A stretch of 64,000 bases of DNA from Gemmatimonadales bacterium (lineage in GTDB: Bacteria; Gemmatimonadota; Gemmatimonadetes; Gemmatimonadales; GWC2-71-9). Below the pieces are notes generated by a model. The model was not told where the DNA came from, searched no databases, and saw nothing but the letters and a program-made list of their open reading frames with translations. The number at the start of each line of letters is the position of its first letter. Within the stretch, counting starts at the first letter, position 1. Location of the stretch: NCBI GenBank assembly GCA_037189525.1, contig JBBCJC010000002.1, positions 800,001-864,000 of the forward strand, read 5' to 3'. A program made the position numbers and the translations under genes. Shown piece by piece: positions 46,265-58,700 of this stretch.

Positions 46265-49200
46265 CCGATTCCAGCCATCGCGAGCTTCTGAAGGAGTCGC
46301 TGGCGGCCATCGACCGGCTCAAGGCGCGGCTCGCCGCAGCTGAGGAGGCCCGGCGCGAGCCGATTGCGATCGTCGGCCTGGGCTGCCGGTATCCAGGCGC
46401 CGATTCCCCGGCGGCGCTCTGGACCCTGCTCGACGAGGGCCGCGACGCCGTATGCGAGGTGCCCGCGGACCGGTGGGACGGCGATGCGCTCTACGATCCC
46501 GATCCGAAGGCGCCCGGCAAGTCCATCACCAAGCGAGGCGGCTTCATCGGTCGGGTGGACGGTTTTGACGCCGGGTTCTTCGGCATTAGCCCTCGCGAGG
46601 CCGCCACGCTCGATCCGCAGCAGCGGCTGCTGCTCGAAGTCGCCTGGGAAACGCTCGAGGATGCCGGGATCGCTCCGGACTCGCTCGGTGCGACGTCGAC
46701 CGGCGTCTATGTCGGCATCACTACCAGTGACTACGCCCAGCGTCTCAAACTCGGCACGGCATCGGATTCGGATGTCTACGCAGCCACCGGCAACGCTCTC
46801 AACGCGGCGGCCGGCCGGGTTGCGTTCGTGCTCGGTTTGCAGGGGCCGTGCCTCGCTATCGATACGGCGTGCTCGTCGTCGCTCGTGGCGGTCCACCAGG
46901 CCTGTCAGGCGCTGCGGGCCGGTGAATGCGACCTTGCGCTTGCGGGCGGCGTCAACGTGATGCTCTCATCGGCGCCATTCGTGCTTTTTTCCAAGTGGGG
47001 CATGCTCGCTCCGGACGGACGCTGCAAGGCGTTCGACGCCGAGGCCGATGGGATGGTGCGCGCCGAGGGGTGCGGTATGATCGCGCTCAAGCGGCTGAGC
47101 GACGCCCAGGCCGCGGGAGATACCGTCCTGGCGGTGATTCGTGGCTCGGCCGTCAACCACGACGGGCGGAGCAGCGGCCTCACGGTCCCGAACGGCCCTG
47201 CGCAGCAGGCAGTGATCCGGCGAGCCTTGGCGGCAGCCGGCGTCGACCCGGCCGACATCGATTACGTCGAGACGCACGGCACCGGTACCCCGCTCGGCGA
47301 TCCGATCGAAGCCGAAGCGCTGGGCGAGGCTTTGCGCCCCGGGCGTCCCGCCGATCGTCCGGCGCTGATCGGGTCGATCAAGACGAACATCGGGCATACC
47401 GAGTCGGCATCGGGGTTGGCGGGACTGCTCAAGGTGGTGTTGGCATTGCGACACCAGCGGATTCCGGCGCAACTGCATTTCCGGACGCCCAGCCCGCGGA
47501 TTCCGTGGAGTACCTTGCCGCTGGCCGTTGCCGCCGAGGCCAAACCATGGCCCGCCGACGGGGCTCGGCCTCGGCTGGCCGGGGTCAGTTCGTTCGGGTT
47601 CAGCGGGACCAATGCGCACGTCGTGCTGGGCGAGGCGCCTCGAGCCGGCTCGTCCGCAGCGGCGGCGCCCGATCGCCCTGCGCACCTGCTGTCCTTTTCC
47701 GCCAGGACTCCGACCGCGCTCCGCAGCACCGCGGAAGCGTATCGCGATCTCCTGGTCGACCCCAATGCGGACCTGGCGGCAATTGCGACGGCGGCTGGGA
47801 CCGGTCGGGCCAGGCTACCCGAACGTCTGGCACTGGGTGCCGTGAATGCGGCGGACGCCGGGCAACAGCTCGAGCGGTGGCTGGCGGGTGAGCTGAGTGC
47901 CGCGGTCACGGGTCGTGTCGAGGCCGGGCACGAGCCTCGGGTGGCCTGGCTCTTTACCGGGCAGGGCTCGCAGTATCTCGGGATGGGCGAGGAACTGTAT
48001 CGAACCGCGCCGGTTTTCCGCGCCGCGATCGATCGCTGCGCAGGACTGCTGGCCGCCGAGCGCGCTGAGTCGCTGACCGATGTGCTGTTCGGCCATGCCA
48101 GCCTGGCGCCCGATCTGATGGATCAGACGGGGTGGACCCAGCCTGCGCTCTTTGCTCTCGAATATGGGTTGACCGAGCTGCTGCGTTCGTGGGGACTCCG
48201 ACCCTCCGCGGTGATCGGCCACTCGATCGGTGAATTCGTCGCGGCAACCGTCGCAGGCGTGTTGCCCCTCGAATCCGCCGTGCGTCTCGTGGCGGCCCGG
48301 GCGGCGTTGATGCAATCGCTTCCGGCGGGCGGCGGGATGGCGGCGTTGGACCTCGACGAGGCGGCGGTGCGGGCGCTGCCGGAGGTCGCAACCGGCCAAC
48401 TGTCCGTGGCGGCCGTGAACGGTCCGACCAATCTGGTTGTATCGGGTCCGGCGGCAATCGTTGGCGCGGTCGCCGATCGCATTGCGGCGACGGGAGGACG
48501 AGCCACGCGGCTGACCGTATCCCATGCGTTCCACTCATCGCTGATGGATCCGGTGCTGGCGGAGTTCCGTTCGGTCGCCGCGCAGCAGCGGTTTGGACGT
48601 TCGCAGCTTCCGCTCGCCACCAACGTCACGGGCGCGCTGGCCGGTCCGGACGACCTCGATGCCGAATACTGGGTCAATCAGTTACGCGGTACGGTCCGCT
48701 TCGCCGACGGGGTCCGCACGCTGGGGACACTCGGCTGTGATGCCTTCCTGGAGATCGGGCCGCATCCGGTCCTGCTTCCAATGGCCCGGCAGAGCCTGGG
48801 CGACCGGCCCGGTGCCGCGTGGCTACCGAGCTTGCGTAAAGGCCGTGGCGCTTGGACCACGATGCTGGAAAGTATGGCCGCGTTGCTCGCACGAGGCGCC
48901 GGCTTCGATTGGACCGGCTTCGATGGGGGTGTGCGACGTGCCCGGGTCACGGTGCCTGGGACCTCATTCGAGCGGCGACCGCACTGGATCGAGGCCGGAT
49001 CGGGCGCTGCGCACGCGCCCGGGGCGCGGGATACCGGACATCCGTTGCTCGGTCATCGCATGGCCGGTCCGGGAGAGGCGGCACGGTTCGTCTCCGAAGT
49101 GTCCGTCGAGACCATACCCTTCCTGCGCGACCATGTCGTTGCCGGGCTGACGGTGTTCCCGGGCACGGGATACCTGGAGCTTGCCGCGGCCGCGATGCGC

Positions 49201-52200
49201 GCCGAGCACGGGGGCTCCCCGATTCTGGTCGACAATTTCGAGATTGCGCAGCCTCTGATTCTCCGGGAGGGCGAGCGGTCTCTGGTGCATGTCACCCTCA
49301 CGCGCGACGCAATCGGCGCCACGGCGTCGATTGCTTCGTCGTCGGGTGATACGACGCAATGGCGCGACCACGCGACCGCACGGGTTCGGGTTGGCAGTCC
49401 GGCCGCTTCCAATCAGGCCGGGCCGTTTGTTCAGGTTCGCGGTGCAGGGTCGACCACCGTCGATGTGCCCGCCTATTACGATGCCTGCGCAGCCCTCGGC
49501 CTGGAGTACGGTCCGACGTTCCGGGGTCTCGAGGCGCTGGGCTTTGGTCCCGACGGCGCGTGGGGCACGATTGCCGTTCCGTCGGACGCCGCCGACGGTA
49601 GCGCCTGGATCCTGCACCCCGCCGTACTGGATGCCTGCTTTCACGTGCTCGGCGCGCAGCTGATGCATGAAGCCCAAGGTCAGGCTCGCCGCATCTACCT
49701 CCCTGTCGGCATCGACCAGGTCGCGGTATTCGGTGCCGTCGGGCGCCGAGTGCATTGCAGTGCGCGTGTCGTCCCGGCCTCGAGCGATGCCGGGGTTCGC
49801 CAGGTCGATCTGCGTCTCGAAGATGAGCAAGGTCTGGTCGTTGCGCTGATCACCGGCCTGCGGTTACGGGCAACCGATCCGGATCAGGCGCGGCAGCTGC
49901 TCCAGGCCGAGGGAACCAAGCCCGAAGGGCTAGTGCGCAGCTGGGATCAGTTGACCGATGTCAAATCGCCGCCCCGGCTGGCGGGCCACACGGTGCTGAT
50001 CGGTGCGAGCGACGGCGTGGCCGGAATGGTGGCTATCGACTGGATGACGCGCGGCATCGGATGCGACATCATTGCCCCTCAGGAGATTGCGGGGCTGGAC
50101 CGGGCGGGGCTGGCTGCCCGTATGGCCGGTCCCGACGGCGCCGCTCCGGTCTGGGTCATCGACTGCGCGGCAACCGACCTCGATGCATGGACCGGCGGCG
50201 ACCCCGAGGCGGAATCCGCGCGGCAGTTCGAACGGTTCCTGACGGTGAGCCAGACGCTGGTGGAGGCCTATCCGTCGGCGGGGCTCGGCCTCGTGACCCG
50301 GGTCGCTCACGGCGTCGTTCCCACCGATCGTCCCGATGTCCGGCAGGCAACGCTTCTGGGTCTGGCTCGAACGGCCGCGGTCGAACGATCGGGAGCGCCA
50401 GCGTTCCGGCTCGATCTGGCATCGGACGACGATCTCAATCCTGCGGAAGCCCTGCTGCTCGCCATCGCGAGGTGTGGTGAGGATGGCGAAACGGCAGTGC
50501 GTGGCAAGCGAACGTTCGGGGACCGGCTCGATCCGTCGGTTGCGCTCGAGGGCGCGGGGCGGCGTTCGGTCCTCCGGATTCGTGAGCGCGGGGTGCTCGA
50601 GAATCTCGACGTTGCCGTCGAGAATCGCCGCCGCCCCGGGGCGGGTGAGGTCGAGATCGAGGTGCGTGCCGCTGGCCTCAACTTCCGTGATGTCCTGAAC
50701 GCGCTCGGCGCGTATCCCGGCGATGCGGGACCACTCGGCAGCGAATGCAGCGGTCTCATCGTCGCTGTCGGCGAGGGTGTCGAGGGTCTGTCTCCGGGCG
50801 ACCGGGTCGTGGCCTTTGCCTCGGAATCGATCGCCTCGCATGTGACCACCTCGGCGGAACTGGTGTTGCGTTTGCCGGATCACGTCGATTTCGATGCCGC
50901 GGTCGCGATTCCCAATGCCTACGTCACGGCCAGCTATGCGCTGGAGGCGGTGGCCGGGTTGCGCTCCGGGCAACGGGTCCTGATTCACGCGGCGGCCGGT
51001 GGAGTCGGTCTCGCGGCCGTGCGGTTGGCGCGCAGCCTCGGTGCGGAGGTGATTGCGACCGCCGGGTCGCCGGAGAAGCGAAGCCGCGTCCTGGCTGAAG
51101 GCGCGATGCGGGTCTTCGATTCCCGTTCGCCGGATTTTGCGGATGCGGTGCTCGAAGTCACCGGCGGCAAGGGTGTCGATGTCGTCCTCAACTCGCTGGC
51201 AGGCCCCTTCATTGCCGAGAGCTTCCGCGCGCTCGCGCAGGGCGGTGTGTTTCTGGAGATCGGCAAGAGCGGGATCTGGACTCCCGACGAAGCTGCCGGC
51301 CGCGCTCCGGGTGTTCGCTATGAGATCATCGATGTGGGACAGGTCATCCAGACCGACCTGCCGGTGATTCGACGCATCTTCGAGCGCGCGGTCGAGCGCG
51401 TGGCGTCTGGAGAGTGCCCGGCGCTGCCGACCGAGCCCTTTGCCCTCGACGATGCGGTCGCAGCGTTTCGTCACATGGCCATGGCCCGCCACGTCGGGAA
51501 GATCGTCCTGCATCCCAAACGCAGCGTGACGATCCGCGGTGACGCGACCTATCTCGTCACGGGCGCATTCGGCGGGCTCGGTTGGGCAATGGCCGAATGG
51601 CTCGTGGACAATGGCGCCCGACATCTGGTGCTGGTCGGTCGGCGGGGTGGAGCAGGGCACGAGGTCGAGATCGGAGCACTGGTGGCGCAGGGCGTGACCG
51701 TCCATGCGGTGGCTGCGGATGTCGGAAGCCGGGCAGCCGTTGCGCGCATCTGGCAGGATGTGCTGACCAGGACGCCGCCGCTCCGCGGGATCGTGCATGC
51801 GGCCGGCGTGGTGGACGACGCATTGCTTCCGTTGCAATCTCGAGAGCGCTACGACACCGTTGCGGGCCCCAAGTCGATTGCGGCGTGGCACCTTCATGAC
51901 GCCTCACGCGGCAACGAATTGGACTTCTTCGCGCTCTTCTCTTCGGCGTCGGCTGCGATGGGAGCGCCCGGGCAAGCCAACTACGCCGCGGCCAATGCGT
52001 CGCTCGACACGCTGGCGAGCTGGCGGAGGCGTGAGGGTCATCCGGCCACCAGCATTGCCTGGGGTCCATGGGCTGAAGTCGGAATGGCCGCGCGAGTAGA
52101 CGAATCGGCGCGACGCCGGTGGGCCGAGATCGGTCTGACGCCGATTACGCCCGAGGTGGGTCGCGCTGCGTTCGGTGCAATCCTGGCAGCCGATACGGAG

Positions 52201-52716
52201 TATGTCGCCGTCCTGGCCATGGATCGGACTCGATTCGGCCGGCAGGCGAGTCCAGCACTTCGGTCGCTGCTTCGATTGTCCGGTGCCGAAGGGGGGCCGT
52301 CCGCCAGTGGCGACGGTGCGCTCGAAGCCGAACTCACTGCCCGGCGCGGGCGTGCGCGCTACGACTATCTGGCCGATCGGATTCGCGGGCAGGTCTGCGC
52401 GGTGCTCGGCCTGTCTGATACGCAGCTGGCGTCGGACAATGAAGGGTTGACGGTGCTCGGGATGGACTCGTTGATGGCGATGGAACTGCGGACCCGACTG
52501 CAGCAGCTCACGGGACGTTCCTTCCCGGCCACCATCGCGTTTGAGCACCCCACCGTGGCGGCGCTGACGACCGTGGTACTGTCGGCGCTGGCGTTGCCGG
52601 ATGACGGGCCGGAGGACTCGGGAGACTCGACCGACGGTACCGAAGACGAGGCTGATCTCGCGGCGGATGAGATTGCCCGGCTGCTCAACGAAGAACTCGA
52701 TCGCGGGGGATTCTGA
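46261..52716 (+). CDS. PKS7: KS-AT(malonyl)-DH-ER-KR-ACP (about 2151 aa)
   Basis: ATG 46261 has a GAGGAGG SD and a docking helix ([24 protein letters not shown]). [33 protein letters not shown] and [42 protein letters not shown]. Confidence 0.95.
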   Translation: MTDSSHRELLKESLAAIDRLKARLAAAEEARREPIAIVGLGCRYPGADSPAALWTLLDEGRDAVCEVPADRWDGDALYDPDPKAPGKSITKRGGFIGRVDGFDAGFFGISPREAATLDPQQRLLLEVAWETLEDAGIAPDSLGATSTGVYVGITTSDYAQRLKLGTASDSDVYAATGNALNAAAGRVAFVLGLQGPCLAIDTACSSSLVAVHQACQALRAGECDLALAGGVNVMLSSAPFVLFSKWGMLAPDGRCKAFDAEADGMVRAEGCGMIALKRLSDAQAAGDTVLAVIRGSAVNHDGRSSGLTVPNGPAQQAVIRRALAAAGVDPADIDYVETHGTGTPLGDPIEAEALGEALRPGRPADRPALIGSIKTNIGHTESASGLAGLLKVVLALRHQRIPAQLHFRTPSPRIPWSTLPLAVAAEAKPWPADGARPRLAGVSSFGFSGTNAHVVLGEAPRAGSSAAAAPDRPAHLLSFSARTPTALRSTAEAYRDLLVDPNADLAAIATAAGTGRARLPERLALGAVNAADAGQQLERWLAGELSAAVTGRVEAGHEPRVAWLFTGQGSQYLGMGEELYRTAPVFRAAIDRCAGLLAAERAESLTDVLFGHASLAPDLMDQTGWTQPALFALEYGLTELLRSWGLRPSAVIGHSIGEFVAATVAGVLPLESAVRLVAARAALMQSLPAGGGMAALDLDEAAVRALPEVATGQLSVAAVNGPTNLVVSGPAAIVGAVADRIAATGGRATRLTVSHAFHSSLMDPVLAEFRSVAAQQRFGRSQLPLATNVTGALAGPDDLDAEYWVNQLRGTVRFADGVRTLGTLGCDAFLEIGPHPVLLPMARQSLGDRPGAAWLPSLRKGRGAWTTMLESMAALLARGAGFDWTGFDGGVRRARVTVPGTSFERRPHWIEAGSGAAHAPGARDTGHPLLGHRMAGPGEAARFVSEVSVETIPFLRDHVVAGLTVFPGTGYLELAAAAMRAEHGGSPILVDNFEIAQPLILREGERSLVHVTLTRDAIGATASIASSSGDTTQWRDHATARVRVGSPAASNQAGPFVQVRGAGSTTVDVPAYYDACAALGLEYGPTFRGLEALGFGPDGAWGTIAVPSDAADGSAWILHPAVLDACFHVLGAQLMHEAQGQARRIYLPVGIDQVAVFGAVGRRVHCSARVVPASSDAGVRQVDLRLEDEQGLVVALITGLRLRATDPDQARQLLQAEGTKPEGLVRSWDQLTDVKSPPRLAGHTVLIGASDGVAGMVAIDWMTRGIGCDIIAPQEIAGLDRAGLAARMAGPDGAAPVWVIDCAATDLDAWTGGDPEAESARQFERFLTVSQTLVEAYPSAGLGLVTRVAHGVVPTDRPDVRQATLLGLARTAAVERSGAPAFRLDLASDDDLNPAEALLLAIARCGEDGETAVRGKRTFGDRLDPSVALEGAGRRSVLRIRERGVLENLDVAVENRRRPGAGEVEIEVRAAGLNFRDVLNALGAYPGDAGPLGSECSGLIVAVGEGVEGLSPGDRVVAFASESIASHVTTSAELVLRLPDHVDFDAAVAIPNAYVTASYALEAVAGLRSGQRVLIHAAAGGVGLAAVRLARSLGAEVIATAGSPEKRSRVLAEGAMRVFDSRSPDFADAVLEVTGGKGVDVVLNSLAGPFIAESFRALAQGGVFLEIGKSGIWTPDEAAGRAPGVRYEIIDVGQVIQTDLPVIRRIFERAVERVASGECPALPTEPFALDDAVAAFRHMAMARHVGKIVLHPKRSVTIRGDATYLVTGAFGGLGWAMAEWLVDNGARHLVLVGRRGGAGHEVEIGALVAQGVTVHAVAADVGSRAAVARIWQDVLTRTPPLRGIVHAAGVVDDALLPLQSRERYDTVAGPKSIAAWHLHDASRGNELDFFALFSSASAAMGAPGQANYAAANASLDTLASWRRREGHPATSIAWGPWAEVGMAARVDESARRRWAEIGLTPITPEVGRAAFGAILAADTEYVAVLAMDRTRFGRQASPALRSLLRLSGAEGGPSASGDGALEAELTARRGRARYDYLADRIRGQVCAVLGLSDTQLASDNEGLTVLGMDSLMAMELRTRLQQLTGRSFPATIAFEHPTVAALTTVVLSALALPDDGPEDSGDSTDGTEDEADLAADEIARLLNEELDRGGF

Positions 52717-52720
52717 CCGC

Positions 52721-55700
52721 ATGACCGATCCGAAGACCGATCGCGGTACGGATGCCGCCGCGCTGCGTCGTGCGTTAGGCGCGATTCGTGACCTGCGAAG
52801 CCGGCTGGATCAGGCGGAGCGGGCCAGCCGGGAGCCGATTGCCGTGGTGGGGTTGGGCTGCCGCTTCCCCGGTGGCGCCGATACGCCGGAGCGGTTGTGG
52901 GAGATCCTCGAGAACCGTCGCGACGTCGTCCGCGAAGTGCCGCGCGACCGCTGGGACATCGATGCCTTTTACGATCCGAATCCGGAAGCGGTGGGTCGGA
53001 TGTACTGTCGGGACGGCGGATTCCTCGATTCGCCGCTCGATCGGTTCGACTCCCGGTTCTTTGCGATGCCGCCCCGGGAAGCCCGAAGCCTCGATCCGCA
53101 GCAGCGCCTGATCCTCGAAACGTCGTGGGAAGCGCTCGAGCATGCGGGCATCGCACCCGCGAGCCTGGCGGGGACGGACGTGGGCATTTTCGTCGGCGTG
53201 AGCTCGAGCGACTATGGCATGATGCGGCAGCGGTATGCCGACGGCAAAGAGCTCGATCCGTACATGGGCACCGGTGGGGCCTTCAGCACGGTGTCCGGCC
53301 GGGTGGGTCACTTCCTGGGCGTACACGGGCCCAATCTGATCCTCGATACCGCCTGCTCGTCCTCGTTGGTGACGATTGCGCTTGCCGTGCAGTCGCTGCG
53401 GGCCGGCGCGTGTTCGCTGGCGCTGGCGGGCGGCGTCAATGTCATGCTGTCGCCGTACACCACGGTGCTGATGTGCAACCTCCGCGCGCTGTCGCCCACC
53501 GGGCGGTGCCGCAGCTTCGAGAGCCGGGCCGACGGATACGTGCGCGGTGAAGGGGCCGGGATGGTGGCCTTGAAGCGCCTGTCCGACGCCGAGCGAGATG
53601 GCGACCGGATCATGGCCGTGATTCGTGGCGTGGCGATCAATCACGACGGCCGCAGCTCCGGGCTCACGGTGCCTAACGGCGCGGCGCAGCAGCGGGTCAT
53701 CCGGGCAGCGCTCGAGGATGCCGGCCTGTCGCCGGACGAGGTGCAGTACGTCGAGGCGCACGGGACCGGAACCGCCTTGGGCGATCCGATCGAGGTCCGC
53801 GCGCTGGGTGAGGTCTTTGCGCGCGGAAACGGCGCTCCGCCGCTCCTGGTCGGCGCGATCAAGACCAACATTGGCCACCTCGAAGCGGCGGCCGGCATCT
53901 CCGGCGTGGCCAAGTGCCTGCTGGCGCTCGAGCACGATCTGATTCCTCCGCAGATCCATTTCGAAACGCCAAGCCCGCATGTCGACTGGGAGGCTGTGGG
54001 GGTCCGGGTGGTTGCGGAGCCGACGGCGTGGCGTCCCGGTCGCCGGATTGCGGGGATCAGCGGCTTCGGCATCAGCGGGACCAATGCGCATCTGATTTTC
54101 GAGTCCGCCCCTGCTCGTACCCGCGAGCCGGCCGCGCCCTATCCGATCCAGGTCGTTCCGGTCTCGGGGGTAACGACCCAGGCTGTTGCCGACCTGGCAG
54201 GCCGATTCGCTGACCGTCTGGATGCCGCGCCGCTGCCGCTCGGTGATGTGGCGGCGACCGCCGCGCTCGGCCGCTCACACTTCGATACCCGGGCCGCGAT
54301 TGTCGCTGCGGACGCCGAGGAGGCTGCCGGCAAACTGCGCCGACTGGCGGCTGGAACCGGAGACGGCGTCGTGACCGGCACGGTGGGCGCGGCGCCTCGG
54401 ATCGCGTTCATGTTCACCGGTCAGGGGTCGCAGTACGTCGGGATGGCCCGGGCGCTCTATCAGTCGTTGCCCGCCTTCCGCGCCGCGGTCGATCGCTGCG
54501 CGGAATCGATCGATCCCCGCCTGACCGTTCCCCTCAGGCAGGCCCTCTTCGAGGGAGACGACAACGCCCAAGCCGCGATCCATCAGACCGCGCTGACGCA
54601 GCCGGCGCTGTTCGTCGTCGAATATGCCCTGGCCGATGTCCTTCGCGGTCTAGGCATTCGCCCCGACGTGGTGCTTGGCCATTCGATCGGTGAGTATGTC
54701 GCAGCCGTCGTGGCGGGGGCGTTGCCGCTCGAACAGGCGCTCGCGCTGGTGGTCGAACGCGGGCGACTGATGCAGAGCACCGCCGCGGGCGGAGCAATGG
54801 CAGCGGTTGCGCTCGATCAAACGTCGGTTGCGGCGCTCTGTGCGCAGCACGGGGTCGATCTGGCTGCCGTCAACGGGCCGGCCAGCTGTGTCATTGCCGG
54901 CGCGGCCGAGGCCGTCGATGCCGCCGTGGCAGCAGCCAAGGCGCGAGGCGCGCGTGCGACGAGACTGACCGTCTCTCACGCCTTTCATTCCCGGCTGATG
55001 GACCCGATCCTCGATGCCTTCGAGCAAGCGGCCGAGGGGCTCACGGCGACCGACCCGGCCGTGCCGGTCATTTCCAATCGGACGGCAGCTGCGCTGACTC
55101 GCCAACAACTCCAGGATCCCAAGTACTGGCGCGACCACCTTCGCGGTACCGTCCGGTTCGCGGATGGCGTGGCTGAGCTGGCCCGCCGCGGGGTCGATCT
55201 GGTCGTCGAAATCGGGCCGACCCCGGCATTGACTCCCGCGGCGACCGAGTCGTATCCGGAATCCAGCGTGCGCTGGCTTTCGACCCTCCGAAAGGGGCGG
55301 GATGACTGGCGCGCCTTCGGTGAATGCCTGGCCGGTTTGTACGTCGCCGGAGCGCCGATCGACTGGAAGCGCTGGATTGGGCCGCAGAACGGTGAGCGGG
55401 TCCCGATGCCCAGCTACCCATTCCAGTCGGAGCCGCTCTGGATTGGCTGGACGCCCCCGCGTCCCTTCGATGTCGAGTGGTCCGAGCGTAAGGGCGGGGC
55501 CCTGATCCGGCAGAGCGGACACCATCCGTTAATCGGTGGCCGGCTCGATAGCGCCATGACGATCCATCAGGGTGCCATCGACCTGAGCGAACTTCCCTAC
55601 CTGGCCGACCACCGGATCTATGACGTTGCCCTGTTTCCGGGAACCGGTTTCCTGGAAGTCGCCTTGGCGTCACTCGGCGACGGTCAGCAAACGGACCTGC

Positions 55701-58700
55701 CGCTGGTACGTAATGTCTCGGTCGTACAGCCGCTGCTGTTGGATGACGATGCACCGAGTGCGCTGCAGGTGGTTCGATCGCCGGATGGCAGGCAGCTGCA
55801 GATCTTCGGCCGCGCCGGTCAGGACGGTGGAGACGCCACTTGGACACTGCACGCGTCGGCGGAAATCGGAGACCGCTTCGCAGGTCCCGCTGCCGACATC
55901 AAGTCTGTCGAGTCGGTTGCCGCCCGTTGTGACGAGCGCATCGACGTGGCGGCGCATTACGCGCGTCTGGCCGAGGTCGGCGCCAACTACGGTCCGGCAT
56001 TTCAGGGCATTGCGCAGCTGACCCGCCACGACGGCGAGGCGCTGGCCAGGTTGGCGCTGCCCGCGTCGGTGCGCGACGGAGCCGCCGACTATCTCGTCCA
56101 CCCGGCCCTGCTCGATGCGGCCCTCCAGGCCTTGTCCGCGGCCGTACCGACCGATGTCGCGAGCGGGTTGACGGAGATCTTCGTTCCGGTCGGGATGGAG
56201 CAGGTTCGGGTGCACCGCGCTGGCGTTGCGGACGCCTGGTGCCATGTCACCCTCACGACGGCGCTGTCTGCAGCGTCCGATTCGTTGCGGGCCGATATCG
56301 TGCTGACCGCGGACGACGGCGCGCCCGTCATCGAGATCCGCGGCCTCGAAGCGCGGCGGATCAGTCGGGCCACGCTGGTACGGCTGCTTGGTGCACGCGC
56401 CGAGCGGGCGTTGACGTACGAAGTGGCCTGGCGCGCGGTCGATGCGCCGGCCGCCCCGAGCGACGAATCGAAGGGCAGCTGGCTGATCGTGGGCGACGAC
56501 GCATCCCTGACTGCCGATCTGGCGGGTGAACTCGGCCGGCTCGGACACCGCGTCCATCGGGCCGCGTTCGGTACCGTCCTCGATACGGGATCAGAAACCT
56601 GGACCGTCGATCCCACTGATCCGAGCCAGGTCCGCAGTCTGGTCGACGCGCTGCACGCAGGAGGCGCCACGGTTCGCGGGGTGGCCTATCTGCCCGAGGC
56701 ACACGATGCATTGGCGTCCGACCAGAACGATGATGCAGCGCTTCGCCGGTCGCGGCAGCTCGCGGGTCTGTTTCATCTTGCGCAGCAGCTGGCGGACGGG
56801 CGCGGTTGGTTGCTCACCCGAGGTGCGACGCCTGCCGCGGGTACCGTACCCGACCCGGATCAAGCGGCCCTCTGGGGCCTAGCAGGTGTGGCCGCAGCCG
56901 AGTACCCGTCGACCGGTTGGCGCCGGATCGATCTCGATCCCGCTCTGGCATCTCCTGACAATGCGGTGCGGGCCGCGGCGGCGCTGCTCGCGACCGACGA
57001 GGAAACCCAGATCGCCTTGCGCGGCGCCGTGCGCTATGCACCGCGCTTGGTGAGAAAAACGGTCACACCGGTTTCCGATGCGGTGAGCCTCGAGATCCGA
57101 AATCGCGGGATGCTCGAGAACCTGTCACTCGACGCCTTGAATCGGGCAGCGCCCGGGCCGCGTGAGGTCGAGATCCAGGTCCACGCCTCGGGCCTCAATT
57201 TCCGGGACGTCCTCAACGCGCTCGGCATGTATCCCGGCGATCCCGGTCCGCTCGGCAACGAGGTGGCCGGTATCGTCACCGCCATTGGCGCCGAGGTCAC
57301 GACGCTGTCCCTCGGCGACGAGGTCATCGCGATGCCTCGGCGCGGGATGGCGAGCTACGTCATCGCCTCCGAAACGCTCACGGTTCGCAAACCGGCGTCG
57401 CTCTCGTTTGCCGAGGCGGCGACCATCCCGGTCACGTTCCTGACGGCCGATTTCTCTCTCCATCGTCTTGCGAAGCTTGCTCCAGGGCAGCGGGTTCTGA
57501 TCCATGCCGCCACCGGTGGCGTCGGTATGGCGGCGATTCAGCTCGCCAAGCGCGCGGGCGCGGAGATCATCGGCACGGCGGGATCGCCGGCCAAACGGGC
57601 GCTGGCGCGACAGCTGGGCGCCGACCATGTCTTCGACTCGCGGTCGGTCAGTTTTGCGAGCGATGTGGAGCAGCTCGTCGGGTCGCGAGGTGTGGATGTC
57701 GCCGTCAATTCGCTGGCCGGAGACTTCATTCCGGCGACCCTGCGCCTGATTCGTGAGGGCGGCCATTTCATCGAACTGGGCAAGACCGGAGTCTGGGACG
57801 AAGCCTCCGTGGCGCGCGAGTACCCTGGGGTCGGCTACCACGTCTTCTTCCTGGGCGAGGTCGCGGTCACCGATCCGGAGTTGGTCCGCAGCCGGTTGCT
57901 TGCGCTGCTGGCGGACTTCGAGTCGGGCGCGCTGACGCCGTTGCCGCAGCATGTCTTCCCGCTGTCGGAAGCAATCGACGCCTTCCGGTTCATGGCGCAA
58001 GCCAAGCATACCGGCAAGGTGGTGCTGACGCAGCGCCATGGCCCGATCGTGCGCGACGATGCCAGCTACCTGATTACCGGGGGGCTGGGTGGACTCGGGT
58101 TGGCGGTCACCGGGTGGCTGGCCGATCAGGGCGCGCGCCACCTTGCATTGATCGGGAGACGGGCGCCCTCGGCCGAGGCTGCCGATACGCTCGCTGCGCT
58201 CCGCGACCGCGGAGTTCGCGTCGAAGTCTTCCAGGCGGATATCTCGGTCGCGGCCGACGTTGCCCGCGTCATGGATCGGGTGAAAGCCACCATGCCCGCG
58301 CTCCGCGGCGTCGTGCATGCGGCCGGGGTCCTCGACGACCGGACCATTGCCGAACAGCAATGGGCGTCGTTCCCGGTGGCGTTGGCGCCCAAGGTCGACG
58401 GCAGCCTCAATCTGCATCGGGCCACGGCGGGCCTGCCGCTCGATTTCTTCGTGCTGTTCTCCTCGGTGGCGCCGCTCTTCGGTTCGCCGGGGCAGAGCAG
58501 CTATGCGGCCGGCAACAGCTTCATGGACGGCCTGGCACACGCGCGCCGCGGCCGAGGTCTGCCAGCTCTGAGCATCAACTGGGGTAGTTGGGCGGAAGTG
58601 GGCATGGCGGCCGGGGTGGATGAGGCGCACCGCCGTCGATGGGCCTCGATGGGAATGGAGATGCTCCGGCCCGATGAGGCGCTTGCCACGCTGGGTCGTC